Below, in pieces: positions 1 through 12,135 of a stretch of 44,801 nucleotides of DNA (position 1 is the first letter of the stretch; every line of letters starts with the position of its first letter). The position numbers and the translations under genes are program-made. Below the pieces are notes generated by a model, which made no database searches, had not been told where the DNA came from, and saw nothing but the letters and a program-made list of their open reading frames with translations. This DNA comes from Octopus sinensis (Eukaryota): NCBI RefSeq assembly GCF_006345805.1, contig NW_021834855.1, positions 1 to 44,801 of the forward strand. Reading direction: 5' to 3'.

Positions 1-59
1 ATGTGTAATATGTGTGTATGTATGCTGTATATATGTATGTTATATTATATATATATAAT

Positions 60-90
<31 letters not shown>
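1..90. repeat. (TA)n/(TATG)n microsatellite
   Basis: Direct reading of tandem units. Confidence 0.95.
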
Positions 91-91
<1 letters not shown>

Positions 92-345
92 AAGAACTTT
101 GCTTCACCCATTTCCTTCCGGTCATTCAAAATGTGACCACGTGTGTACCGTTGGCGATTTTTTTCCTTCGTCTTCCCTTCTCTGGATCTTTCCTTTTCCT
201 ATGATTCTGACGAAGAGCTCCGCTCGAAACGTTAAACTCTCCTTCTTCCCTTCCTTCCTGAGCGTCCAATAATATTATATTTGTTCCACGTCCTCGCGTT
301 GTTGTATTTTCTCTTTGTGTTTTCATGTTTGGATTAACTATTATA
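91..345 (+). mobile_element. Penelope-like 3' tail (pLTR-type) module carrying a minimal hammerhead
   Basis: CTGACGA-A-GAGC-TCC-GCTC-GAAAC-GTT motif followed by a T-rich tail; related to 26580-26710 (shared cgaaacgt..., ttcctgagcgt); flanked by TA repeats. Confidence 0.6.
203..237 (+). ncRNA. Minimal type I hammerhead ribozyme motif
   Basis: Core CUGACGA 207-213, extra A, helix II GAGC/GCUC, GAAAC 226-230, palindromic ACGU helix III, GUU site; helix I GAUU/AAAC has one mismatch. Confidence 0.6.
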
Positions 346-429
346 TACATACTGGAAAATGTGTGAGATCCTTGGTATAGTTGGGTATATTTGATAAAAC
401 GAAAAGAAGGACTACACTGGTAGTTCTGA

Positions 430-1040
430 TCAACATCCCTCCAGACCAACTGTTGGCACTAAGGAAACTAGGAAACTACAACAAGATTCCTCAATAATCA
501 TAAAAGAAGCTGACAAAGGTGGAGCAATCGTCATGGGCAAAAACCACTATAAAGTTATGATCCTAGAACAGTCGAATGACGAAGGATTTTACAGGAAAAA
601 AAATCAACAAATGCGAGGGAAAAAATTCAATGATTAAAGTAGGTAACCTGACGACAAAGGAGCAAAATAACCTCACACTAAAGGAAATCCTAACTTTGAA
701 ATGAAAACCAGCAATTTTTTATGGATTACTGAAAGTTCACAAATCCAAACAAATTCAAAACAACGTAAAAGGCAAAACTTCCTGATATGTCGAAGAAATC
801 CGACAGATTTAAAATTACGTCCAATTGTTGCTTGTCCAGCTTCAAGCACACAACGACTAAGCAATTTATTAGACATCATTCTGAAACCCCTATGTAAAAA
901 AGTACCAAGATACATCAGAGATGATATGGATTTCCTGAACTATATCCTCCAGAAAGTATACCAAGACACAAGCTTAGTCAGCTTTGATGTAAAAAACTTA
1001 TATACTAACATTCTACATGACTTAGGAATTGGAACTGTTT
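430..1040 (+). pseudogene. Penelope-like retroelement reverse transcriptase fragment (frameshifted)
   Basis: Motifs across frames: Q-LLALRKL, IIKEADKGGAIV, LRPIVACPASSTQRLSNLLDIILKPL, LVSFDVKNLYTNI, typical of the PLE RT N-terminal half. Confidence 0.85.
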
Positions 1041-1404
1041 AGTATTTTAGTATTTTGTATAGATTAGTGGGTTATAAAAGTAGTATTTTTATATGTCCAG
1101 AATTACGCCGGACGTGGAGGAGGAGAGAAAATAGCAATTCAGTGAAGGAGAAGTAGTGGGAGTAATATCCTTGACTGAGAGGGAGTGAGGGAAGGTAATA
1201 GCAATGAGAGAAAGGAAGGGGTGATAGATGAACTGTGTGAGTATATGTGTGTATGTGTGTGCGTGTACAAGGGAAGTATGTGAATGTGTATATGTGTGAT
1301 GATTATGTACCTTATTTTGTACCTTATTTATATATGAAATATACAATTATCCGTCATTATTGATGGTACGAGGTCAACTAGTTATCTTATAAACTTCCAA
1401 TCTA

Positions 1405-1615
1405 TATTGATTTTAAATTTTGGCACAGGGCCAGCAGTTTTGGGAGAGGAGCAGGTCGATTGCATCGAATTCCATTAATCAACTGGTACTTAATTTATTG
1501 ACCCCAAAGTATGAAAGGTAAAGTTGACCACGGTTGAATTTGTACTCAGAGCATAAAGACGGATGAAGTGCCGCTTAATATTTTGCCCGGCGTATTAACG
1601 ATTCTGCTAGCTAAT
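1405..1615 (-). mobile_element. tRNA-derived SINE family A, degenerate copy
   Basis: Similar to copies at 7284, 17484, 18070, 19978, 40270 (actggtactt..tttat.gacccc..atgaaaggcaaagtcgac core). Confidence 0.8.
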
Positions 1616-2319
1616 CATCTTAGACTTCCTATCAAAACCGACATCATTATTAAGTTTGTATGAAATACATCCTTGTAAATAATGTGTTGCACTTGCCTGA
1701 AACACTGCAATGAGTGAATGTTATAAATATTTTAAAGAAGGCGTTAAGCAACGTAAGAAAAAAGGTAAAATATGCTAGGTGATGCCAATAAATAAAGACA
1801 ATAACAAAATTTTGTATCATCCCGCATAGGTTTTTTTATTGCTTCTATTTTATTTCGGGAAAGCTTCCCTTTATCAAATATAAGAAAGAAAATAAGACAG
1901 ATTATTTTCTAGCTTATGTTAGAAAATAGGAAACTTCCTCGAAATATAACAGAGACATTAAACAACCTATTTAGAGTGATACAAAATCTTGTCTTTGTCA
2001 TTATTTATTGATATCACCTTATATAATTTTTACAAGATTCTCACCTGCATTGCTTAAAGGTCTTCTTAAAATTATTAATACCATATTCTACAGGAAAGTC
2101 TCTGTTGAGACGCAATGGTCTAACATTTCCTAGTTTTCATGAATTGTCTTCAGTCTATGTGTAAACACTAAGAAGTTCACTCTCCATTCGTATGGTGTCG
2201 CTCTCTTAACCCTTTTTATGTAATTATTTTTGTCTTAATTGTTTAGAGGGTACTGTCTGACCTTAAACCATTACTTCTGATTTTTCTCTTGAAGTTACTT
2301 TTAGGGTATTGCTTATGTA

Positions 2320-2760
2320 TTGCATAGATGTATTTATGTATGCATGTATGTATGCGTATATGTCTATATTTGTGTATGTAAGTATATATGAATGTATGTA
2401 TGTATGTATGTAAGTATATTTGTATGTATGCATATGTGTATGTACAGTTGTGTATATGTATGTATGTATGTTTGTACATATGGATGAATGTACATGAATG
2501 GATATTCATATATTAATGCATACATATATATATATATGTGTGTGTATACGCACACAAATATACATAGTCGTATGGATATATGAACATATGTATATATATA
2601 TATGTATATATATGTATGCATATACATATAAGTATATAATTATACACACATGCATATATATATACGTACATATATAATATATATATAATACATATATATA
2701 TATTATACACATATACATACATACATACATATACATATATATATATATATATAATATATT

Positions 2761-2791
<31 letters not shown>

Positions 2792-2825
2792 CTATATATA
2801 TATATACAACACATATATCTATATA
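2320..2825. repeat. Compound (TATG)n/(TA)n microsatellite
   Basis: Direct reading. Confidence 0.9.
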
Positions 2826-3422
2826 TCAATGTAACTTGTATTCAAGTATCAGTAGTTTACGTTGATACGTAAGTTATTTCATATGCGTGTGTTCGCAGCT
2901 TGTCGAGAGTTCATTGGCCTTAATGACAACAACAACCACATCATTATCACCACCACCACCACCTCCAGCAATAACAATAACACAAACAAGAATCATTCTT
3001 TAACACAAGTATAAATTACTCCATTATCGCCATTCAATTTATAAGTAATTTTGTCACTGACAGAGAAGACGTGAGAGGAAAACGATCAAAGAATCAATAT
3101 ATAAACAAATATACACACACATAAGTACATATAAACACATATAAATCGATTTTATTACATATAAACACATGTAAAGACATATATATATACGTGTAAACAC
3201 ACATAAACACTTTATAAATACATGTAAACGTATATAAACGCATACACAGACGTTTCGTCTTCGCACTTAATCTTACCGCCATAATCTTGACATAGCTTTT
3301 AAGCTATTGTATGGCTTCAGCAATGTTTCAAGCACACTAATTCGATCAATCACAATTTCTCATAAATTCATACACTCGCAAATACACGTGTGTGTATATT
3401 TGTGTGTAACTCAAGAGACCCG

Positions 3423-3487
<65 letters not shown>

Positions 3488-3679
3488 TATATATGCGTAC
3501 AAATGAATATACATATGTGTGTGTATATGCGTCATATGTATACACTCACATATACATATCTATGTATATACTTATATATACATACATACACATATATATA
3601 TATATACATACATACATTATATATATATATATATATATATATATCTGTAGGTGTGCACGCATATTTATACACGCACACA

Positions 3680-3713
<34 letters not shown>

Positions 3714-3742
3714 GAGGTATATACAAATATATATGTGTATAC

Positions 3743-3775
<33 letters not shown>

Positions 3776-3835
3776 TATATATAAAGTGTGTGTATGTGCT
3801 TGTGTGTATGCGCGCGCGCGTGTGCGCGTGTGTGT
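3423..3835. repeat. Compound (CA)n/(TA)n/(TG)n microsatellite
   Basis: Direct reading. Confidence 0.9.
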
Positions 3836-4189
3836 AATAAATGGGTTTCTGTCGGTTTCAATCTTCTGAATTATCCGATCAATGAAGTGAATTAACGCCT
3901 AAGCTGCTGAGTATACCTAAGCGGACAAAATGAGCAAATTCTGATTTCTTCTTATTTTCCCTTGACTTGTTGGAAACCATTCCAATGGAAGCATTGCATC
4001 ATTATTTTGTAAGGATGAAAGGCAAAGTCGATTTGAGGCTGTTTCTCTGGAATTTCAACAACATCAACAGGGTATTTTTGTATGTATGTGTGTATATATG
4101 TGCTGTATTTGGAGTCAGTTCACGTGCAGATTTGTATGTTTTGTCTTATGCACATCTTCTAATCAATGTAGTTACATGTCTAGACATGC

Positions 4190-4480
4190 TTATATATACT
4201 TAAATGATAAACTTCAGGAAAGTTTTACAGATTTTTACTGTTCCAGTGATGGCTTTTTTCTGTAGGCTTCGAAACAGCTTTTTCCTTTCTATTTCTGAGA
4301 AACCGAATTTCTCAGGATTGGTACTTAGTCAGTGTGATACATATCCCAGGGTTCCAATAATTACAGGTATAAACCTGGACTTGTAATCTGGATAGAGTAA
4401 CTGCAAATTTCTCAAAAATTTAGCCTAGGTAAACTCTTTTTCGGTGATCTTCAGCTTTATGTTAGCTTTATGTTAGCAAC
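4190..4480 (-). pseudogene. C-terminal restriction-like endonuclease region of an RLE-type non-LTR retrotransposon
   Basis: Manual minus-strand translation: LRNLQLLYPDYKSRFIPVIIGTLGYVSH*LSTNPEKFGFSEIERKKLFRSLQKKAITGTVKICKTFLKF. Confidence 0.6.
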
Positions 4481-4592
4481 CGTTGCGCTGCTGACGTCCA
4501 CAACTGTATGTATCTATTAATGTATGTACGTATGTATGTATGTAGTAGTAAATTCAGTATAAAATATTCTTATTGAATATGTTTACCTAAAG

Positions 4593-4656
<64 letters not shown>

Positions 4657-4659
<3 letters not shown>

Positions 4660-5225
4660 TCACCCACCAGTGTAAAATTAACAGCGGACCTTGAAGCAAT
4701 CCAGAGAAGATTCACAAAGAAGATCGTCTCTTTGCAACAGCTCAGCTACTGGGAAAGGTTGAAACAGCTAAGACTCTACTCCCTGGAGAGAAGACGGGAG
4801 AGGTATGCAGTAATATATGTCTGGAAGATCCTGGAAGGAATTGTGCCAAATTTTGGCATTGTAAGCTACACCAATGCTAAAACGGGACGACACTGCCTGG
4901 TGCCAAAGATCCCAGCAATGTCATCACGCTTCAGGACCAGCATCTGCAACAGCCTGGGTTTCAAGGGCCCACAGCTTTTTAATATTCTCCCAAAGAGTCT
5001 GAGGAACTTGCACAAAGTAGATGTAGCGGTTTTTAAATCAAAGCTGGACATCTTCCAGATGAACCTACCTCACGGCAAGAGGTGCAAATGAGAGTAGCTA
5101 TATCAAACTCCATTATTCACCAAGTGCCACATATTAGACGAGGTTCTTCGTAATAACAGTGTAGCACAAAACGGCGGTGCATCAGCATGGCCGCAGCTCT
5201 GAGCTGAAACTAGAGGAGAAAAAAA
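4657..5225 (+). mobile_element. 5'-truncated CR1/L2-group LINE 3' end
   Basis: LEAIQRRFTKKI..LSYWERLKQLRLYSLERRRERYAVIYVWKIL motif; A-rich end near 5220; (TA)n on both sides. Confidence 0.8.
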
Positions 5226-5836
5226 ATATATATATATATATATAAATCTTTAGGTAAATATATTCAATAAGAATATTTTATACTGAATTTATATTGAGTG
5301 TTCCATTGTATAACAATATTAATACTATTAAAGTATTTATATATTTAATACGAACGATATATACATATATTTTTTAATAATATATTATTATTATTAATAA
5401 AGAAAATCAATATCTAAACACATCATAACGATATAGCCGTGTGAAAGAAATTATTGTATTCCAAATATATATAAATACATAAATATAAAAATATAAATAT
5501 AATGTATAAAATAAATTTGATAATTTAAAAATTTTGAATTAAATATTTAAGCATCTTGCGATAGTTTCGCAGAAGAGTTGTCCCTATAATGAAATCCTGT
5601 ATTGATAAGCACTTATAAACAACCCTTCTGTTCTTCAGAGATATAAAATATGAATATTGTATAATATATCGAATGATAGTTTTTTTTAAAATTGAAGTAA
5701 AATTGTAAAATGGTGTTTGTTTGAAATGTAAAATAAAAATTAAAAATTACTACTTTTGATGAGAGTCAAACACCATTTTACAATTTTACTTCAAATTTTT
5801 TTTAAAAATGTATATATATATCTGTAAATGTATATA

Positions 5837-5879
<43 letters not shown>

Positions 5880-5902
5880 GTAAATGTAATATGCGACAAT
5901 TA

Positions 5903-5985
5903 TTCGGTAGCCATGATAAAACTCCGAGTTTCGGATGCCGAGGCGGAAATCCCCTCCGCTATCTCTTCAGTTATCTGGCCATCGG
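5903..5985 (-). ncRNA. Type I hammerhead ribozyme with extended helix I
   Basis: Minus strand: CCGAUGGCCAGAUAA-CUGAAGA-(helix II)-GAAAC-UCGGA-GUU/UUAUC-A-UGGCUACCG; 11-bp helix I with one bulge, intact core; base of helix II irregular. Confidence 0.7.
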
Positions 5986-6009
5986 AAAAATGCTATGAAA
6001 AATTACCGT

Positions 6010-6264
6010 TATACACACACACAAATACATATATATATATATATATATGTATGTGTGCATGTATGTATGCATGTATGTATGTATGTAATGTTATGTATGT
6101 ATGTATGTATGTATGTATTATTATTATTATTTAAAGCAGTTTGATCAGGAAGCTAGCTCGTTTACGCTCATATACATACTTGCATACATACATACAAATA
6201 TATATATTCATACATATATATACACACATACATACACACACATGCACATATATATATATAATAT

Positions 6265-6295
<31 letters not shown>

Positions 6296-6337
6296 TACAT
6301 ATATGCACACACACACACATACACACACACATAAGCA

Positions 6338-6392
<55 letters not shown>
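6010..6392. repeat. Compound (TA)n/(TATG)n/(CA)n microsatellites
   Basis: Direct reading. Confidence 0.85.
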
Positions 6393-6397
<5 letters not shown>

Positions 6398-6603
6398 GAC
6401 AAACAAGAAGAGAGAGAGAACAGAATTAAAAATGAAAAGTTCTTGGCTCAGTATTTTATATCTGAAAAAAAAAATTATTCGAAATGGCTTTTCTAATAAT
6501 TTTTCCACTTTAATAATTTAGATGTTTAGTAAATTATTAATTCATAAACATCTAATTTTTAAAGTGGAAAAATTATTAGAGAAGCCATTTCGAATAATTT
6601 TTT

Positions 6604-6607
<4 letters not shown>

Positions 6608-6662
<55 letters not shown>

Positions 6663-6808
6663 ACTCACACACTCATACGCACATACACACACGCATATAA
6701 TCACGTTTGTGCATTAATACACACACATGTACAAACATACAATGAATCACAAAAAAATATACAGAGTGTGTAATTTGCGTATATGATAATACACGTACGT
6801 TTGTATGC

Positions 6809-6869
<61 letters not shown>

Positions 6870-6894
6870 ATGCGTATGCGATGCATCTATCTAT

Positions 6895-6951
<57 letters not shown>

Positions 6952-6960
6952 AATTTATCT
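6608..6960. repeat. (CT)n, (TA)n and (TATC)n microsatellites
   Basis: Direct reading. Confidence 0.85.
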
Positions 6961-7283
6961 ACATATGTATGCACGAATTTAATCATCCAAGTATACTAAT
7001 CCGATTTAATCCCCTTAAATTCGTTGACCCTATTAGAATCTGTTCAGTGCTAAAGTTATTCTGGCAGCCATCTTATTCTACAATCCACAACGCACAATTT
7101 GACAGCTGTCCTATTTACTGCATCCATCTTTGTCCCTTACAATAAACCAGACCCTCATTGATATTATCTAAAGATGTTACGTAAAACAAAGTAATGAATA
7201 CAAGTCATGTGGAGTTGACAATAACTTCATTGCAATTTACGCGCCTCAATTGTTGCATTAATTAAAAATCATTAATTACTAAG

Positions 7284-7490
7284 ACGGAGAGCTGGCAGAA
7301 TCGTAAGCAAACCGGACAACATATTTAGCGGCATTTCTTCCGGTTTTACGTTCTGAATTCAAATTCCTGTCATCCTTTCGGAGTCGATGAAATAAAGTAA
7401 CAGCAAAATTGAGGGATCGATGTAATCGATTTATTACTACCTATTTCTTAAAATCACTGGTCTTTTGCCAAAATTTCGGATTATTATTAA
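7284..7490 (+). mobile_element. SINE family A copy
   Basis: Head gagctggcagaatcgt..., ttacgttctgaattcaaattcc B-box-like region, shared body. Confidence 0.8.
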
Positions 7491-7557
7491 TTAGAAAGAT
7501 TTAATTATATATAAACCATACGGTTATACACTGCTGCAAGTTTATACTTGATATCTA

Positions 7558-7770
7558 TTGGGTTGGTGAATAATTATTGCGGATTTTTTCAACAAATTTT
7601 ATCCAACAAAAGCAATAACAATATTTAACAAATACATCTTTAAATGACGGTCTGACAATCTGCCGAGCAAATGGGAAGCAATAATTGAAGATGTTTTTGT
7701 TACATGTTGTTATGGTTTTTGTTGAATAAAATTTGTTGAAAAAAGCCGCAATAATTATGTATCAACCCAA
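7558..7770. mobile_element. Mariner-derived MITE
   Basis: Long TIRs TTGGGTTG..AATTATTGCGG..TTTTTTCAACAAATTTTAT, TA on both flanks; internal remnant translates LPSKWEAIIED (mariner C-terminus-like). Confidence 0.85.
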
Positions 7771-7930
7771 TAGTTGCATGCAGCTGCAGATCTGCATCGT
7801 ACTAACTCAGCTTAAGACACGCTAACGTTGATGGAAATTTAGAAGAGCTTTTCTTTCCAGAATTTTCAGTAAAATGTTTGAGCGTTTCAAGTTGTTTCTT
7901 TTCTATATTTGTCTTATAAACAGTCGTTGC

Positions 7931-8170
7931 AGTAAAGATTGTTTGCCAGCATAACATGGCTGTCCCGGTATAGGACGAATGTTGCTGTAATTTAACCCCA
8001 GGAGACATCGTCTCCAGCTGGCTATACGATACGATCTGTGTCCTTATATTTTTGAACAAGGGACATAGATCATGTCGTATAGCCAGCTGGATGTGTTTCC
8101 TGGGGCTAAATTACAGCAACACTCGTCCTAGACCGGGACTGCCATGTTATGTTGGCAAAAAATCTTTACT
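7931..8170. mobile_element. Foldback/hairpin MITE with ~115-bp inverted arms
   Basis: Arms 7931-8045 and 8058-8170 are imperfect reverse complements around a 12-bp spacer; half copy at 42038-42172. Confidence 0.8.
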
Positions 8171-8697
8171 ACAAAGTACTGTTGCTGAATATCTCACGTT
8201 GTGAGATTTAAAAATAGTAATTTTCTAACAGTCGTCGTCCTCATCTTCATGGATCGTACGTCTGCCGCGTAGTGATGACTTTACGACAAATGTCTTCCCG
8301 ATTAAAAGCCAGTCCTCCAGCTGCCTTGTGCCTCTTTTATCCAACCAGCTCTTGATATTGTTTGATATTGTTCACCCATTGCGTTCTTTGCCTACCTCTT
8401 GATTCACTTCCCTCTACTTTTCCTTCCATTGTCATATTTTCCAGACTTCTATTTCTTCAAATATGGCCAAAGTAGATGTTCTTTAGATTTTTCACAATGT
8501 CCGAGATAAACAGTGGGGGTCTCTATATGCGAATATAATATGTTCCTGAGCCCTGTTTGCTAACCAAACTGTTCCTTACAAGAGTAACTGATATGTGTAT
8601 AGGGGTAATCCGTTCCCAGCCACACCGAAGCTCCACATGAAAGCATGAAACGAAGTTTTGCCGCTACATCAATAGTTAATACATAAGCTTATACGTA

Positions 8698-9967
8698 CGA
8701 GGGGCGTTCAATAAGTAATGCCCCTGACCCACTTCCCATAGCAGTAGAGCAACGACACTTGGCACAGTTATTAGTCTTTTCCTACATAGGAACTACCCAG
8801 AGTTATGCATTTTTCCCATCGTTTGATACAGTTCTGGAGACCGTTTTTGTAGAAGACCCCACCTTGGTCCTCCAACCACGACGTGACTTCAGAAATCAAG
8901 GCTGCATCATCTGGGAAACGCTTTCCTTTCAAAATCAACTTCATGGCTGGGAAGAGGTGAAAATCAGAGGGTGCAAGGGGAGGAGTTCATAGCTGCACGC
9001 CTGTGCTTCTGATCTGGCGACACGCGAGTTGTGGACCGGAGCGTTGTCCTGCAGGAGGAGGATGCCTTTGCTGATCTTGCCCCGCCTCTTGATTTTGATA
9101 GCTTCTCTTAATTTCCTCAAAAGTGAAGCATAATAGGCTCCTGTAATTGTGGTACCCTTTGCCAGGAAATCTGTCATCACTACTCCGTCCTGGTCCTAGA
9201 AGACTGTGAGCATAACCTTGTCAGCGGAGGGCTGCACCCTTGCCTTCTTTGGAGGAGGTGAGTCACGGTGCTTTCACTGCATTGACTGGTCTTTAGTCTA
9301 TGGATCATAGTGATGGACCCAGGTTTTATCCTGTGTGATCAGTCTTTTGAAAAATTTTGACTCATCTTCTTGGCACATCTCCAAATTCATCCTCGAGCAC
9401 TCAACGCGTTCTTGCTTCTGGAAAGGTGTGAGCAACCTGGAAATCCATCTGGCAGACACCTTTTGCATATGCAAATGGTCATGAATGATAGTTTCCACAG
9501 AGCCGGTACTAATCTTGACCTTATGGGCTATTTGGCGAATAGTTATGCGTTGACCTTCCAAAATGGCAGCCTCAACTTTACGGACAGACGTCACATCAAC
9601 GGCAGAAGGGGGCGACCAGATCTGGGAGCTGTTTCCACAGAGTTCCGACCATGTTTGAATTCACAATGCCAGCGTTTTACAAGGTCATATGATGGGGCAT
9701 CATCATCATAAGTTACTTTCATTTCATCAAAAGTCTCCCGTGGTGTGCGTCCTTTCAAATACAAAAACCAGATCACTGCTCGACACTCAACAGGCTCCAT
9801 TTCACACTTGACTCAGTTCAAACACCTGTAAATCAGAAACCACAATTAGTTCAGAGCTGTAATTCGCCACGTAATCTATAGAGGTATAAATAAGTGTACA
9901 TGCAAAATTTCAGCTAGATCAAACAACTATAAGTGGGTCAGTGGCATTACTTAATGAACGCCCCTCG
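8698..9967 (-). mobile_element. Full-length mariner transposon (irritans/Hsmar2-like TIR start)
   Basis: TIRs CGAGGGGCGTTCAATAAGTAATGCC..TGACCCACTT and AAGTGGGTCA..GGCATTACTTAATGAACGCCCCTCG, TA TSDs at 8696-97 and 9968-69; 1270 bp. Confidence 0.95.
8771..9800 (-). pseudogene. Mariner DD34D transposase, frameshifted
   Basis: ORF pieces: HTH (RAVIWFL..APSY..VKRW..F), KVSARWISRLLT, TQDKTW, LLQDNAPVH, APSDFHLFP, C-terminal RWEKCI; YSPDL segment deleted. Confidence 0.92.
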
Positions 9968-10926
9968 TATATGTATGTGTGTGTGTGTGTGTACGCACTC
10001 GTCTTTTCCTTTGTCTTGCTTCTGGCGATCCATGCTTATATTTTTAGCAAGAAATACGAGAAATATTACGGAGATGTATTTGCATTCTATATAAAATGGG
10101 GAAATTTTCAAGCCCCATGAAATGCTTGCGTGGACTTTAACGAACCTTTTATATGTACCCCCTCAGCACTAATGCGTAGTCTAATTATACATGTTGTTCA
10201 AATTTCAAACCGTTAAGCGAATGGACACTCAGTCACTTAAACGTGTGCGTTGTCTGGTCGTGGTTCGTTGGTAAAATTTCAGCTCGCTATGCGAGTTCAA
10301 TTTTCTTCAGAAAAGCCGATCATTATTCAACTAATTCGTTTTGAGCTCTCTTTGTATATGAGTATCCTATTGTAATTTTTTGCATTAAAATTGTATCAGT
10401 AAATTAATAATTTGATTTATGAGATTATTCCTCGTCAGAAACAACGAAAGAAGTAGGACATCTCACCGTGTTGGAAATTAGCTAAATAATCTACCTTGTT
10501 AGCGCTAAGTGGATGGTGAATTATTTCGCGAAGATAAATTACAGAATCGGAAAAGAATACAGAAAAAAACTGAGAGTCACCATTCTTTATTAATGCTTCT
10601 ACGTTAAACGCACGCTGTGCAATACTTGAAACCATGATAGTAACTAAAAGAAAAACGGTAAAACATTAGCTGTATGATGGTATCATTATCCTCTACCTAA
10701 CTTTATAAGCGTCATACCAATGGACGTTTATAAATATGGAAGGTATTTCTGTCGCACTTTGCAAGTCAGTTTAAATGTCACAGCCTTGTGCCAAAATTTG
10801 AAACCGATATGGGAAGATGGAGTGGCAGACATTCTGCGATATGATTCGTAACGTGAGAGGTACGTGGATTTTATTCCTCTTCGTAGGTCTGCTGCACTCT
10901 TCTAAAAGAATACTGAAACCTATTAC

Positions 10927-11150
10927 AATGGCACTCCGTCGGTTACGACGACGAGGGTTCCAGATAATCCGATCAATGGAACAGCCTGCTCATGAAATTA
11001 ACGGGCAAGTGGCTGAGCACTCCACAGACACGTGTAACCTTAATGTAGTTCTCGGGGGAGATTCAGTGTGACACAGAGTTTGACAAGGCTGACCCTTTGA
11101 AATGCAGGTACAACAGAAACAGGAAGAAAAAGTGAGAGAAAGTTACGTTC
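10927..11150 (-). mobile_element. SINE family D, 5'-truncated
   Basis: Matches 13953-14335 (ggcactccgtcggttacgacgacgagggttcc...ctgagcactccacagacacgtgt). Confidence 0.85.
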
Positions 11151-11237
11151 GATGTAAACAAACAAGTTTGTTTTCGAAGCGTTGAAATGCATTGTAGAAC
11201 AAGTAGAAAGATAAATTTTAATCACGTGTAGATACCG

Positions 11238-11329
<92 letters not shown>

Positions 11330-11677
11330 ATATAATAGGAAAAATATACATGTGTATGGATATAAAATGGTCCGACTTCCAGAATATAAATGGTATCAGG
11401 AATTAAGTGGGTAGAGTTTTACGAGTCCAACAGCTGTTTCTGGGAGCTTGGTGGTCCGGAATAATGATAGTTACTTGGATCCATTGCCAGATAACACCGC
11501 CTCCGTCTTCAGGGGAGAATTTTACATTATAGAATTTTACATTTGAAGTCGTACATTTTTTACTATTAAATGTATTTAATATTCTGTGTAAATCGACATG
11601 GCTAACTTGCTTCTCCTTACATTTATTCAACTCCCGGCTCAAGCTCAAATCTCCATATAGAGAACACCTGTCTCTAA

Positions 11678-11945
<268 letters not shown>

Positions 11946-11984
11946 ACACACAGATATAGGGGGATTTAACGGGACATATATATA

Positions 11985-12135
11985 CACAATGGACTTCCAC
12001 CCAGTTTGCTTCTACAAAATTCACTCACAAGGCATAGGCCAGCTCGGGATCTATAGTAAGAGACTGTTGCCCAAGGTCCTGCACAGTTGGACTGAGCCTG
12101 AAACCATGTTCTTAACCACACCCCACACCTTCGCC
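11985..12135 (-). mobile_element. SINE family B copy
   Basis: Similar to 22766, 35197, 41290 (ttcactcacaaggc..ggcc..gctatagtagaagacacttgcccaagg). Confidence 0.75.

Noticed and set aside
1900-2220. Possible Helitron helicase remnant on the minus strand (RDFPV)
   Set aside because: Similarity is limited to a few residues, with many stops.
3240-3270. GAC-GAAAC-GUC on the minus strand, resembling a hammerhead 3' half
   Set aside because: There is no CUGANGA box upstream.
4597-4656. Recurrent TATAATATA phase shifts in (TA)n tracts as a signal
   Set aside because: They are equally explained by slippage or sequencing/consensus error and cannot be assessed without reads.
10435-10635. 66-aa minus-strand ORF as a possible exon
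   Set aside because: No recognisable homology or supporting splice sites.
11400-11660. 81-aa ORF and a minus-strand CUGAAGA at 11506-11512
   Set aside because: No recognisable protein motif or splice signals, and no GAAA box at a usable distance.
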